Positions 1-14,108 are shown, counted from the first letter of the stretch. The stretch is 64,000 nt of DNA from Allosphingosinicella sp. (GCA_036398895.1 DASWOC010000026.1:62293-126292), one strand, 5' to 3'. The notes: generated by a model from the sequence alone, not told the origin. Numbers and translations are program-made.

Positions 1-688
1 CCACCTCGGCAAGCGGAACGTCGGTTCTCCGAAGGAGCGGCACGGCATGCTCGATCCGCCGCCGCCGAGCAGTTTCCTGTATCCCTTCACCGACCACGGC
101 GCGGTAGGCCCGAGCAAGCCATGCGGGATTGAGGTCCAGTTGCGCGGCCAGTTTGGCAGTGGCGACCCTCGGCGTGTCGCGCAGGCTTCTTCGAACGTGC
201 TTCAGCCATGCCGGCGCCTTCGCAGGTTCGTCGGTGACTGTTTCTTGCAGGAACGATGCCGTCGAACGTGCTAAATCGGCGTCCGTGGTGTCAGCTTGCG
301 ACCAGAGACGTATCAGCTGACGCGCGTCTATCGACCGCGCTCGCCAAACCGTTTGTTTCAGATTGATCCCGGACCCGAAGCTCGAGAGCCATCGAGGATC
401 GAACTGAATAGACACAGTTTCCAGGCCGCCATCCCCAACGTGGTCAGTATGGTAAGTCCCGGGTGGATGCACGAGGACGCATGGCCCGTCCATACAGGCC
501 TCCCCTCCATCCCACGCTTCAATTGCTTGGCCGAGCAACGGCACGGTGATGCAGGCCCAGTCATGCTTATGCTGATCGATCACCTGACCATGCCCGTGCA
601 CGACCCGTGTCGCTCTCGCGCCGGGTACAGACCTCAGAGGGATCTCCAGACCATGAAATCCAGCTTTGCGGTCCTCAGCAGTACCCAT
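1..688 (-). CDS. AraC-family transcriptional regulator with N-terminal cupin domain (3' end runs off the left edge)
   Basis: Not in the ORF track. Hand translation from ATG at 688 is open to position 1: MGTAEDRK...QVIDQHKHDWACITVPLLG...VHPPGTYHTDHVG (cupin-like)...LAAQLDLNPAWLARAYRAVVGEGIQETARRRRIEHAVPLLRRTDVPLAEV (AraC HTH pattern). Confidence 0.85.
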   Translation of the reverse strand, partial: MGTAEDRKAGFHGLEIPLRSVPGARATRVVHGHGQVIDQHKHDWACITVPLLGQAIEAWDGGEACMDGPCVLVHPPGTYHTDHVGDGGLETVSIQFDPRWLSSFGSGINLKQTVWRARSIDARQLIRLWSQADTTDADLARSTASFLQETVTDEPAKAPAWLKHVRRSLRDTPRVATAKLAAQLDLNPAWLARAYRAVVGEGIQETARRRRIEHAVPLLRRTDVPLAEV

Positions 689-802
689 TACTCACACATC
701 CAATACGACCGTTACGAATGTAGCATGTGGAGGGACCGCTCCTGCTAGCACGGAACTTATCGCGCGCGGGCTCCATAAAATGCAAGGGCGTCGTCGCGCT
801 GC

Positions 803-938
803 GATGCTTCAGCTTCCGCAACGCCTCGGCCTCGATCTGCCGGATGTGTTCCCTCGTCACCGAGCACTGCTGCTGACCTCTTTTGAGCGTATGGTCAGGA
901 TTCATCCCGATCCCAAAGCCCATGCATTGAATCTCCTC
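803..938 (-). repeat. Degenerate copy A of the rpoD 3' end (region 4)
   Basis: 803-922 vs rpoD 2378-2497: 93/120 identical, ungapped. Translates MGFGIGMNPDHTLKRGQQQCSVTREHIRQIEAEALRKLKHRS vs [42 protein letters not shown]. Confidence 0.92.
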
Positions 939-998
939 AACATCGTCACCGTTCGCACGTGTGCGTCTGCACCGGCCTGCCTCAGATCGGCCGTTCAG

Positions 999-1359
999 AT
1001 GCCGCAACCATATCCCACCAAGAATCGAGGCTTTATCATGCGCCTGCTCTGCGCCACGGGGGGTTCGATTGGTGTACCGGCGGGAGAAGAGCTCCCGCAC
1101 ACAGGCTCGCCTTGCAATCATCGCGGCGGCCGTTTCTGCGGCGACAGGAGTTTCGCCGGCATGGGCTGCCGCATTGGCGCTCTCCATCGGACTGGTCCTG
1201 GCGCTGGAGGCGGTCAACTCCGCGCTGGAATATATGATCGATCACCTTCATCCGGAGATCGCGGGTGAGATCGGCTGCGCGAAGGATGCAGCCACCGGCG
1301 CGGTCCCGATCGCAAGCACCGCCGCAGTCGTGTGGGGGCTGCAATGCTGTGGGCCTTAG
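999..1359 (+). pseudogene. dgkA: Diacylglycerol kinase (DgkA family) pseudogene with two frameshifts
   Basis: Three frames join into a DgkA-like protein: MPQPYPTKNRGFIMRLLCATG | VRLVYRREKSSRTQARL...ALEAVNSALEYMIDHLHPEIAGEIGCAKDAATGAVPIAS | VGAAMLWALA. Shifts lie at the G6 run 1058-1063 and at the gtgt near 1330-1333. Confidence 0.8.
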
Positions 1360-1382
1360 CCCAAGCTGAAGGCGGGAAGGCC

Positions 1383-1500
1383 CTACTGGTACAGGAACAA
1401 CCGCTCTTTAGAGACCGGCTAGGGTGTTTCAGATTCCGCAGCGCCTTTGCCTCGATCTGCCTGATCCGCTCCCTGGCCTCCGAAAGCCTACTGCGCCACC
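1383..1500 (-). repeat. Degenerate copy B of the rpoD 3' end including the CAG-TAG terminus
   Basis: 1413-1482 vs rpoD 2368-2437: 57/70 identical. ctactg at 1383 matches the rpoD end at 2337 after a 1-nt deletion. Translates [24 protein letters not shown]. Confidence 0.92.
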
Positions 1501-1515
1501 TATGGATCCGCGCCC

Positions 1516-1716
1516 TCAATAGCGCCCGAGATGTGCGCAACTGCTCTGGTCGAGGTACAGCGACACACCTCGCGCGATCGCGGGAATTTGGTCGCCGACC
1601 TTGCAGCGCAGCTGGTGTGCCGGGATCGTCAGTTGGCCAGCTCTCCCATCCGCTGCCTTAGCAACGACAACCACATCCGGTGCATAGGGAAGCACGGAGG
1701 ATTTGGGGCCATCCAC
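1516..1716 (-). CDS. Hypothetical 66-aa protein between rpoD-end copies C and B
   Basis: GTG start 2 nt past the end of copy C. The ORF fills the spacer between the copies. No family recognised. Confidence 0.3.
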   Translation of the reverse strand: MDGPKSSVLPYAPDVVVVAKAADGRAGQLTIPAHQLRCKVGDQIPAIARGVSLYLDQSSCAHLGRY

Positions 1717-1717
1717 G

Positions 1718-1810
1718 TAACTGAGCCAAGAAACTCCGCATCTTCCGCGACCGGCTAGAACGCTTCAGCTTCCGCGGCGTCTTCGCCTCGATCTGTGGGG
1801 ACGCGCTCCT
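1718..1810 (-). repeat. Degenerate copy C of the rpoD 3' end
   Basis: 1718-1797 vs rpoD 2337-2416: 66/80 identical, ungapped, including an exact run ctccgcatcttccgcgaccggct. Confidence 0.92.
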
Positions 1811-2002
1811 GCAGACCTCTGCGACTACTGCTCCGAGAAAGGAAGGGGATGTCCTGTTCTCCGAGTACGTGCTTGTAGTGACTCAGAAGCCCCCAAAGCT
1901 GGTTTCTAAGCTCGTTGATGTGCTCGAAACCCGATGACCCACGGGACGCCTCACGACACGCCATGTCGGCTTGGTGACATAACACGTAGAGCGTGTCGCC
2001 TT

Positions 2003-2036
2003 GAATAAGAACGCCCGGGAAGCGCCGCCCGGGGTG
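2003..2036 (-). terminator. Probable intrinsic terminator downstream of rpoD and its small cotranscribed gene
   Basis: On the minus strand, a CCCGGG-N8-CCCGGG stem is followed by the U-rich tail cgttcttattc. Confidence 0.5.
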
Positions 2037-2041
2037 CCGGA

Positions 2042-2092
2042 TTACGGCCGCATTGGTCTCATCAGATAGTATGACCGGATCAAAGGCTTCAG
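2042..2092 (-). repeat. Tentative, highly eroded copy D of the rpoD 3' end
   Basis: 2073-2092 vs 2368-2387: 16/20 identical. On the same diagonal (offset 295) a TAA at 2042-2044 coincides with the rpoD TAG. Overall only about 28/51, which is borderline. Confidence 0.35.
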
Positions 2093-2103
2093 TTGCACCA
2101 GGG

Positions 2104-2331
2104 TCACGTATCTTCGGTTTTCGAAAGAACGATCCAAAAGAACAGGAGGAACACCGCGAAGGCTGACCCCGAACTCAACCACCAGAGAAGCGAGTCGACC
2201 TGAGCGTTCCGCGACAGCCACATGATCGGCAGTTCGACCGCTATGAGGGCCGCCGTCAGCGCGCAGCCCTGCCACCTGATTGGATGAAAGCCGAACCCGA
2301 AATGGCGGCGGAACCAAGGGTCTTCGGACAT
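2104..2331 (-). CDS. Small membrane protein (75 aa)
   Basis: ATG 5 nt after the rpoD stop. WFRRHFGFGFHPIRWQG N-terminus followed by two hydrophobic segments. Confidence 0.7.
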   Translation of the reverse strand: MSEDPWFRRHFGFGFHPIRWQGCALTAALIAVELPIMWLSRNAQVDSLLWWLSSGSAFAVFLLFFWIVLSKTEDT

Positions 2332-2336
2332 GCGCT

Positions 2337-4382
<2,046 letters not shown>

Positions 4383-4402
4383 TTAAAAGCCTTGCAATCC
4401 TA

Positions 4403-6235
4403 TCAGCCCGCTTCGCCTTCCATTAGCGCCGCGAGCTGCCTCTCCGCCTCGTCCCGTGCCTCACGGAGCCTTTGCTGCTCCTGGAAGGCGGCTTCGTCCC
4501 CATGCTCCTTCAACCGCGCGGTGGCGGCCTCCAGCGCGGCATAGAGTCCCGGCTGGGCCGCCAATGTGTCGATGACCAGAACGAGATCGCGACGGGCGCG
4601 TTCCGGGTCGGCATCACGGCGGGTGAAGGAAAAGGCCATTCCGCGTTCCAGACGAAGCTTCTCGGCCAGAGAGGCGACGCCGGTTTCCGCCAATATGGTA
4701 AGAAGCCGCTCCTGATCAAGCTCGCCGTGAGCGAGGGCGCCGTCGAGTAGGGCGTCGCGAAGCCGCGACGCGGCTTTGTCGGCGATGGGAAGGGCGGCGA
4801 CGGCTTCGCCGTGGTTGCCGATGATGTCCGGGTAGCGGAGGAGGCCCTGGAGGACCGCGCGCAAGGCTCGTCCGGCCATTCCGCCGGTGGCGACCGCCTT
4901 TGCCCGCTCCGAGACGGGCCGAGGCGGCGGGGAGCGGCCCTTGAACGGGGCGCCGGGCTTCCACACGCGGGGCGGGGGCGCCGTCAGGGCATTGAAGCGG
5001 GCGATCAGCTCGGTTCGATACTGGTCGCGGACGTCCGGATCCTGGATGGCGGAGACGTGGTCGAGAAGCCGCCGCCTGAGACCAGCCCGCTGCTCGGGCG
5101 TGTCGAGCGGCTCCGCGCCCTTTTCATGTTGCCAGAGGCGGTCGACCAGCGGCTCGGGCTGGGCCAGCAGAGCCTCGATCGCTTCGCGGCCCTTGTCGCG
5201 GATGAGGTCGTCCGGGTCCTTGCCTTCGGGAAGCGTCACGAAGCCAAGCGAGCGGCCGGGGCCGACATGGGGAAGCGCCCTCAGCGCCCCGCGCACCGCC
5301 GCCTTCTGCCCGGCTAAATCCCCGTCGAAGCAGAGGATGGGGGAGGGGGAGAGGCGCCAGAGGAGTCCGAGCTGGGTCTCCGTGAGAGCGGTGCCGAGCG
5401 GCGCGACTGCCTCCGCGATCCCCGCCTGGTCGAGGGCGATCGCGTCCATCTGCCCCTCGACGACGATCACCCGTTTGGCTTCCCGGGAGGCCGCGGCCGC
5501 CTTGTCGATGTTGAAAAGGGTACGCCCCTTATCGAAGAGGGGCGTGTCGGGGGAGTTGAGATATTTCGGTTCACCGGCGCCCAGGATCCGCGCGCTGAAG
5601 GCGATCACTCGGCCGCGCCTGTCCCTGATCGGAAAGGTGAGGCGGCCTCGGAAGCGGTCGTAGGGCTCGCGCTCCCCCTCCGGCTGGATAAGCAGGCCCG
5701 CCTCGATCAGCTTGTGGTTGCCGAAGTCGCTGAGGGCGGTGCGCAGCTTACCCCGAGCATCCGGCGCATAGCCGAAGCCGAAGCGGCGGCGCGTGGCGTC
5801 GGAAATGCCGCGCTTCTGGAGGTAGACGCGCGCCTCCGCGCCTTCGAGGCCCGCGAGCTGCTCCTCAAACCAGCGCTGGGCGGCCTCAGTGACGTCGTAC
5901 AGCCCCGCCGCCTGCTCCGCTTTCTGCTGCGACCGCGGGTCCGGGGCGGGCACGTCCATCCCGGCCGCCTCGGCAAGCTCCTTCACCGCGTCCATGAAAG
6001 GCAGGCCGCGAGCGTCGGTCAGCCAGCGTATCGCGTCACCATGCGCTCCGCAGCCGAAGCAATGGTAGAAGCCCTTCTCGTCATTGACGTAGAAGCTAGG
6101 CGTCTTCTCGTTGTGGAACGGGCAGCAGGCCCTGAATTCGCGCCCCGCCTTCTGCAGCTTCACCGTTCGCCCGACCAGAGGCGACAGCGTCGTCCGCGCT
6201 CGGAGCTCATCGAGAAACTGGGGGCTAAGCGTCAT
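4403..6235 (-). CDS. dnaG: DNA primase
   Basis: Zn ribbon CPFHNEKTPSF...CFGC, YDRFRGRLTFPI, KYLNSPDT and TOPRIM VEGQMD. Upstream of rpoD. Confidence 0.98.
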   Translation of the reverse strand: MTLSPQFLDELRARTTLSPLVGRTVKLQKAGREFRACCPFHNEKTPSFYVNDEKGFYHCFGCGAHGDAIRWLTDARGLPFMDAVKELAEAAGMDVPAPDPRSQQKAEQAAGLYDVTEAAQRWFEEQLAGLEGAEARVYLQKRGISDATRRRFGFGYAPDARGKLRTALSDFGNHKLIEAGLLIQPEGEREPYDRFRGRLTFPIRDRRGRVIAFSARILGAGEPKYLNSPDTPLFDKGRTLFNIDKAAAASREAKRVIVVEGQMDAIALDQAGIAEAVAPLGTALTETQLGLLWRLSPSPILCFDGDLAGQKAAVRGALRALPHVGPGRSLGFVTLPEGKDPDDLIRDKGREAIEALLAQPEPLVDRLWQHEKGAEPLDTPEQRAGLRRRLLDHVSAIQDPDVRDQYRTELIARFNALTAPPPRVWKPGAPFKGRSPPPRPVSERAKAVATGGMAGRALRAVLQGLLRYPDIIGNHGEAVAALPIADKAASRLRDALLDGALAHGELDQERLLTILAETGVASLAEKLRLERGMAFSFTRRDADPERARRDLVLVIDTLAAQPGLYAALEAATARLKEHGDEAAFQEQQRLREARDEAERQLAALMEGEAG

Positions 6236-6238
6236 CCC

Positions 6239-6694
6239 TCAGGCGGAAAGCCGCGCCTTCACCAGAGCGCTTGCCTTGGACATGTCCATCGCGCCTGCGT
6301 GGCGCTCCTTCAGGGCGGCCATGACTCGCCCCATGTCCTTGACGGAGCTTGCGCCGGTCTCCGTCACGATAGCGTCGATGGCGGCTTTGGCTTCCTCCTC
6401 GCTCATCTGGCGGGGGAGGAAGTCCTCGATCACGGCGACCTCGGCTTTCTCCGCCTCGGCGAGCTCCGCCCGGCCGCCGGCCTCGTACATCGTGATCGAT
6501 TCGCGGCGCTGCTTGATCATCTTCTGGAGGACTTCGGTCACCAGGGCCTCGTCGTCCGCGGGGGCGGTGCCGGTCCGAAGCTCGATGTCGCGGTTCTTGA
6601 TGGCGGACTGGATGAGGCGGATGGCAGCCGTGCGCGGCTTGTCGCCGCTCTTCATGGCGGTGACGAGGGCAGCCTTGATGTCGTCGCGAATCAT
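6239..6694 (-). CDS. GatB/YqeY domain protein
   Basis: MIRDDIKAALVTAMKSGDK...KMIKQRRESI...FLPRQMS...KDMGRVM. Start reassigned to ATG 6694. Confidence 0.92.
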   Translation of the reverse strand: MIRDDIKAALVTAMKSGDKPRTAAIRLIQSAIKNRDIELRTGTAPADDEALVTEVLQKMIKQRRESITMYEAGGRAELAEAEKAEVAVIEDFLPRQMSEEEAKAAIDAIVTETGASSVKDMGRVMAALKERHAGAMDMSKASALVKARLSA

Positions 6695-6761
6695 CGAAAT
6701 CTCTTGCATCTTGCGAGCGGGAAAGGCGGGACGATAGCGGCCCGCTCCGGCTTTTAATAGA

Positions 6762-6790
6762 TTGACGCTGCCCCCCCCGGCCCTTAGCCG
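6762..6790 (+). promoter_or_regulatory. Putative sigma70 promoter of carA with a C8 tract in the spacer
   Basis: TTGACG at 6762-6767, then ctg-C8(6771-6778)-ggccct, then a weak -10-like tagccg. Confidence 0.35.
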
Positions 6791-6839
6791 TCGAGCCTTA
6801 GCGACATCGCGAAAACCGCCTCCAGGAGTGCCCGCCGCC

Positions 6840-8012
6840 ATGGCCCACGCCAGACCCTCGCCCGCGCCGAAAGGAGCGACGGGCGTTCTGGTTCTGGCGG
6901 ACGGGACAATGGTGTGGGGGCGCGGCTTCGGAGCCGAGGGGGAGGCGGTGGGCGAGGTGTGCTTCAACACCGCCATGACCGGATACCAGGAGGTGATGAC
7001 CGACCCCTCCTACGCCTCGCAGATCATCAACTTCACTTTCCCGCACATCGGCAATGTCGGCGCGAACTACGAGGATGTGGAGGCGGACAATCCCTGGGCG
7101 CTCGGCTGCATCGTCCGGCAGGACGTGACGGAGCCGAGCAACTTCCGGGCGGTTCAAACCTTCGTCGAATGGATGCGGAGCAACGGGCGGATCGGCCTTT
7201 CGGGCATCGATACGCGGGCGCTCACCCGCCGGATTCGGGAGAAGGGGGCGCCGAACGGGGTGATCGCCTATCGCGAGAGCGGCGAGTTCGATCTCGACGC
7301 GCTGCTTGAGAAGGCGCGCGCTTGGCCGGGGCTGGAGGGGATGGACCTGGCCAGGGAGGTGTCCTGCAAGCAGATGTTCCGCTGGTCGGGCGGCGGCTGG
7401 AAGCTCGGCGAAGGCTATGGCGAAGGAGGGGAGGGCGAGGGTCGCCCCCACGTCGTCGCCATCGACTATGGCTCAAAGCGCAACATCTTCCGCAACCTCA
7501 CCGACGCCGGCGCCCGCGTCACCGTCCTCCCCGCCACCGCCAGCTTCGAGGAGATGATGGCCCACGAGCCCGGCGGCATCTTCCTCTCCAACGGCCCCGG
7601 CGACCCTGCGGCGACGGGACATTATGCGGTGCCGGTGATCCGCCGGCTTCTCGACACCGGCAAGCCGCTCTTCGGAATCTGTCTCGGCCACCAGCTCCTC
7701 GGCCTCGCCGTCGGCGCCAAGACCATGAAGATGCACCAGGGCCACCGAGGCGCCAACCACCCGGTGAAGCGCCTCGAGGACGGCCGCGTCGAGATCACCA
7801 GCATGAACCACGGCTTCGCGGTGGAGGCGGAGAGCCTGCCGGAAAATGCGCGGTCGACGCATATCTCGTTGTTCGACGGAAGCTTGGCGGGGTTGGAGCT
7901 GAGGGACCGGCCGGCGTTCAGTGTCCAATATCACCCGGAGGCGAGCCCGGGGCCGCAGGACAGCGCTTACTTGTTCGAGAAGTTCGTCACGGCGATCAGG
8001 CGAGACGCGTGA
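6840..8012 (+). CDS. carA: Carbamoyl-phosphate synthase small subunit
   Basis: GEVCFNTAMTGYQE, LSNGPGDP, FGICLGHQ (catalytic Cys) and VQYHPEASPGP. Confidence 0.98.
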   Translation: MAHARPSPAPKGATGVLVLADGTMVWGRGFGAEGEAVGEVCFNTAMTGYQEVMTDPSYASQIINFTFPHIGNVGANYEDVEADNPWALGCIVRQDVTEPSNFRAVQTFVEWMRSNGRIGLSGIDTRALTRRIREKGAPNGVIAYRESGEFDLDALLEKARAWPGLEGMDLAREVSCKQMFRWSGGGWKLGEGYGEGGEGEGRPHVVAIDYGSKRNIFRNLTDAGARVTVLPATASFEEMMAHEPGGIFLSNGPGDPAATGHYAVPVIRRLLDTGKPLFGICLGHQLLGLAVGAKTMKMHQGHRGANHPVKRLEDGRVEITSMNHGFAVEAESLPENARSTHISLFDGSLAGLELRDRPAFSVQYHPEASPGPQDSAYLFEKFVTAIRRDA

Positions 8013-8237
8013 TGGATCTCATTCGTAAGCGCATCTTGACCGAACACGCAGAGGACGCGCTGGCGCGGTTCCGCGCCGCGGGGTTCGAGCCGGACCAGAT
8101 CGACAAAGGTGACAACGAAGTCGCATTCGAGTTTCTCAATGTCGACGATGGAGACGTTTACCGCCTTCTGACAAGCGTTCCCTCTCACTACTCCGCTATC
8201 CAAGGCTTCGTCGGTGGTCCTCCGTTAGAGGCGCCGA

Positions 8238-8245
<8 letters not shown>
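8012..8245 (+). CDS. Hypothetical 77-aa protein inserted between carA and carB
   Basis: ATG overlaps the carA stop (TGATG) and the stop overlaps the carB start. Sequence [31 protein letters not shown]... Confidence 0.6.
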
Positions 8246-11573
<3,328 letters not shown>

Positions 11574-11651
11574 TCCCGACAATCGAGCCGTGATCGGCCG
11601 CCTCTCTCCAGACGGCGGCAACCAGAAATTTTTTGACGAAAGGCAGTCCAG

Positions 11652-12131
11652 ATGGCGACGGTCGATAAGATGCCGATGCTGCAAGAGGGCTATGAGAAGC
11701 TCCAGAACGAGGTTCGGCATTTGAAAACCGTCGAGCGCCCGTCGATCATCGAGGCGATCGAGGTTGCGCGCGGCCATGGCGACCTTTCGGAGAATGCCGA
11801 ATATCATGCCGCCAAGGAGCGTCAGGGCCAAGTCGAGGCGCAGATCGCCGACATCGAGGACCGCCTCAGCCGGGCGATGGTGATCGACCCCAAGACGCTC
11901 TCGGGCGACAAGGTGGTGTTCGGAGCCACGGTCAATCTGCTCGACGAGAACGACAAGCCGATCACCTATCAGATTGTCGGTCAGACCGAGGCGGACGCCC
12001 GCGTCGGGCGGATTTCGTACAATTCGCCGCTCGGCCGCGCGCTGATCGGCCGGAGCGTCGGTGACGAGGTCGAAGTGACGACGCCTTCGGGCGATCGCTA
12101 TTATTCGATCGAGAAGGTCGAGTTCCTCTAG
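11652..12131 (+). CDS. greA: Transcription elongation factor GreA
   Basis: [15 protein letters not shown] and [13 protein letters not shown]. Confidence 0.98.
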   Translation: MATVDKMPMLQEGYEKLQNEVRHLKTVERPSIIEAIEVARGHGDLSENAEYHAAKERQGQVEAQIADIEDRLSRAMVIDPKTLSGDKVVFGATVNLLDENDKPITYQIVGQTEADARVGRISYNSPLGRALIGRSVGDEVEVTTPSGDRYYSIEKVEFL

Positions 12132-12139
12132 GCCGGCCG

Positions 12140-12799
12140 ATGCGCCCGCCGGAAAATTGGAGCGCCGCCCGCGTCACCCTCGCCATCGCGGCGGTCACTG
12201 CAGCGGCCTGGGCGGCTGCGGCCCTGTTTCGGCTCCAGACCTATGCGGTGGTGGTCGGCGGCTTCATCCCGGGGCGGCTGGCGGGGCTCCCGAACGACGA
12301 CATACCGAGCCCGGTCTTCCTGACGCCGCTGACGGCGACTTTGGTCCATGGCGGCCTCGTCCACCTCCTCTTCAACCTCCTGATCCTGCTTTTCTGCGGG
12401 CGGGCGGTGGAGAATATCGTGGGGGGGAAGGGGCTGATCCTCCTCTACGTTCTGGGAGCCTATGCCGCCGCGGCGGGGCATTGGACGGTTCAGCCGGACA
12501 GCCTGGTGCCGATGGTGGGTGCGAGCGGGGCCATCTCGGCGGTGATCGGCGCCTATGCGCTCCTGTTCGGCCGAAACCGAACCAAGATCGCCGACCCGAG
12601 GCTGGCGATGATCGTCCATGCTCTTTGGCTCGCCGTCGCGTGGGTTGCGCTTCAGCTCCTCATCGGCTTCGCCTTCAATACGATGGGGGAGGGGATGGAG
12701 TCCGTCGCCGGGATCGCAATCGCGGCGCATATCGGCGGCTTCCTGGTCGGCCTGCTGCTCGCCAAGCCGCTGCTCCTGTGGAGGTGGCGCGGCGCCTAG
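12140..12799 (+). CDS. Rhomboid-family intramembrane serine protease
   Basis: HLLFN, GASGAIS (catalytic Ser), AHIGG (catalytic His) and multiple TM segments. Confidence 0.93.
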   Translation: MRPPENWSAARVTLAIAAVTAAAWAAAALFRLQTYAVVVGGFIPGRLAGLPNDDIPSPVFLTPLTATLVHGGLVHLLFNLLILLFCGRAVENIVGGKGLILLYVLGAYAAAAGHWTVQPDSLVPMVGASGAISAVIGAYALLFGRNRTKIADPRLAMIVHALWLAVAWVALQLLIGFAFNTMGEGMESVAGIAIAAHIGGFLVGLLLAKPLLLWRWRGA

Positions 12800-14046
12800 C
12801 CGCGGACGAGCTTCGCCGGCAGCTTTCGGTAGCCGTGGACGAAGCAGCTGCTCACCCGCTCCGGCTCGCCGGTCTGCACCGGCCTGAGACCCCGCTCGCA
12901 AAGCACCTCGAGAAGCGTCGTCACCTGAAGCTCGGCGAGGCGGGCGCCGACGCAGCGGTGGATCCCGAAGCCGAAGGCGAGGTGGCGGCGGACATTCTCC
13001 CGGTCGGCGATGAAGCGGCCCGCGTCGGGAAAGACGCTCTCGTCGCGGTTGCCGGAGAGGAACCACAGGACGACCTTCTCGCCCGCCTTGACCGTCTTGC
13101 CGCCTAGCTCCGCATCCGCCGTTGCGGTCCGGCGCATATGGGCGAGAGGGGTCTGCCAGCGGATCAGCTCCTGGGCGGCGCTTGGAAGGACCGTATCGTC
13201 GGCCGCGATCTTGTCCCATTCCTCCGGCCAGAGCCGGTTGACGATGGGCAGGGCGCTCATCGAATTGCGGGTCGTGTCGTTGCCGCCGACGATGAGCAGG
13301 ATGAGGTTGCCGAGATATTCCTGCGGAGTCATCGAGCGGGTGGCTTCGGAATGGATCATCATCGAGATAAGGTCCGGCCGCGGCTCCGACTGCTGCCTCT
13401 CCTGCCAGAGGCGGGTAAAATAGGCGCCGCATTCCCATAGGATCTGCATCCGCTGCGGTCCGAGCACCGGATCGCGCGCCGCCTCCAAATCTCCCGCCCA
13501 GTCGGACCAGTGAGTGAGCTTTCGCCTTTCCTTCCAGGGGAAGTCGAACAGGAGTGCTAGCATCTGGGTCGTCAGCTCGATCGACACCCGGTCCACCCAA
13601 TCGAAGGGCTCGTCCAGCGGCAGGGAATCGATCACCTCTTCCGTCCGGGTGCGCACGTTCGGGAGGAGCCGGGTCATCTCGGAAGGCGTGAAGGCCGGGG
13701 CGACGGTGCGTCGCTGGCCGGTATGCTCGGGCCGGTCCATGGCGATGAACATGGGGAGGAGGTCATCGCCGAAGATCGGCTGCCCCTCGCCCAGGATCGT
13801 GATGCCGCCGTAGCGCCAGGAGGAGGAATAGAGGTCCGGAAGACCCTCGACATGCATGATGTCGGCATGGCGGGTTACGGACCAATAGGGGCCGAAGCTG
13901 CTTTCCGCGCAATAATGGACCGGATCCTCGGCGCGCAGCTTCGCGAAGAGCGGCTCGAAGCTGTTTTCCTGCCACAGATGCGCTCGGCTGACGTCGATCG
14001 GCTCGATCGGCGCCGGAACGTCGTAGCGCGGGACCATGGTGGCCAT
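12796..14046 (-). CDS. Cytochrome P450, CYP153-like
   Basis: I-helix NLILLIVGGNDTTRNS, ExxR (ELIR) and haem motif HLAFGFGIHRCVG. MFIAMDRPEH resembles CYP153. Confidence 0.9.
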   Translation of the reverse strand: MATMVPRYDVPAPIEPIDVSRAHLWQENSFEPLFAKLRAEDPVHYCAESSFGPYWSVTRHADIMHVEGLPDLYSSSWRYGGITILGEGQPIFGDDLLPMFIAMDRPEHTGQRRTVAPAFTPSEMTRLLPNVRTRTEEVIDSLPLDEPFDWVDRVSIELTTQMLALLFDFPWKERRKLTHWSDWAGDLEAARDPVLGPQRMQILWECGAYFTRLWQERQQSEPRPDLISMMIHSEATRSMTPQEYLGNLILLIVGGNDTTRNSMSALPIVNRLWPEEWDKIAADDTVLPSAAQELIRWQTPLAHMRRTATADAELGGKTVKAGEKVVLWFLSGNRDESVFPDAGRFIADRENVRRHLAFGFGIHRCVGARLAELQVTTLLEVLCERGLRPVQTGEPERVSSCFVHGYRKLPAKLVRG

Positions 14047-14108
14047 ATCGCCTCCCTCTCACCAGTCGGAGCAGGATAGGCGTTTCCGGCGAGGCGTAAA
14101 GCCGGAGC

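Noticed and set aside
197-223. Weak match (18/26) to the rpoD region 4.2 segment, a possible fifth copy
   Set aside because: It lies inside the intact AraC reading frame (KAPAWLKH) and has no flanking similarity, so it is most likely chance.
296-748. 150-aa plus-strand ORF and other short ORFs at 47-564
   Set aside because: They are shadows of the minus-strand AraC gene.
675-1540. Track ORFs 675-1217(-) and 1214-1540(-) as sigma-factor genes
   Set aside because: Only 25-45 residues resemble sigma region 4. The rest is the antisense of dgkA or spacer, so these are chance frames through the repeats.
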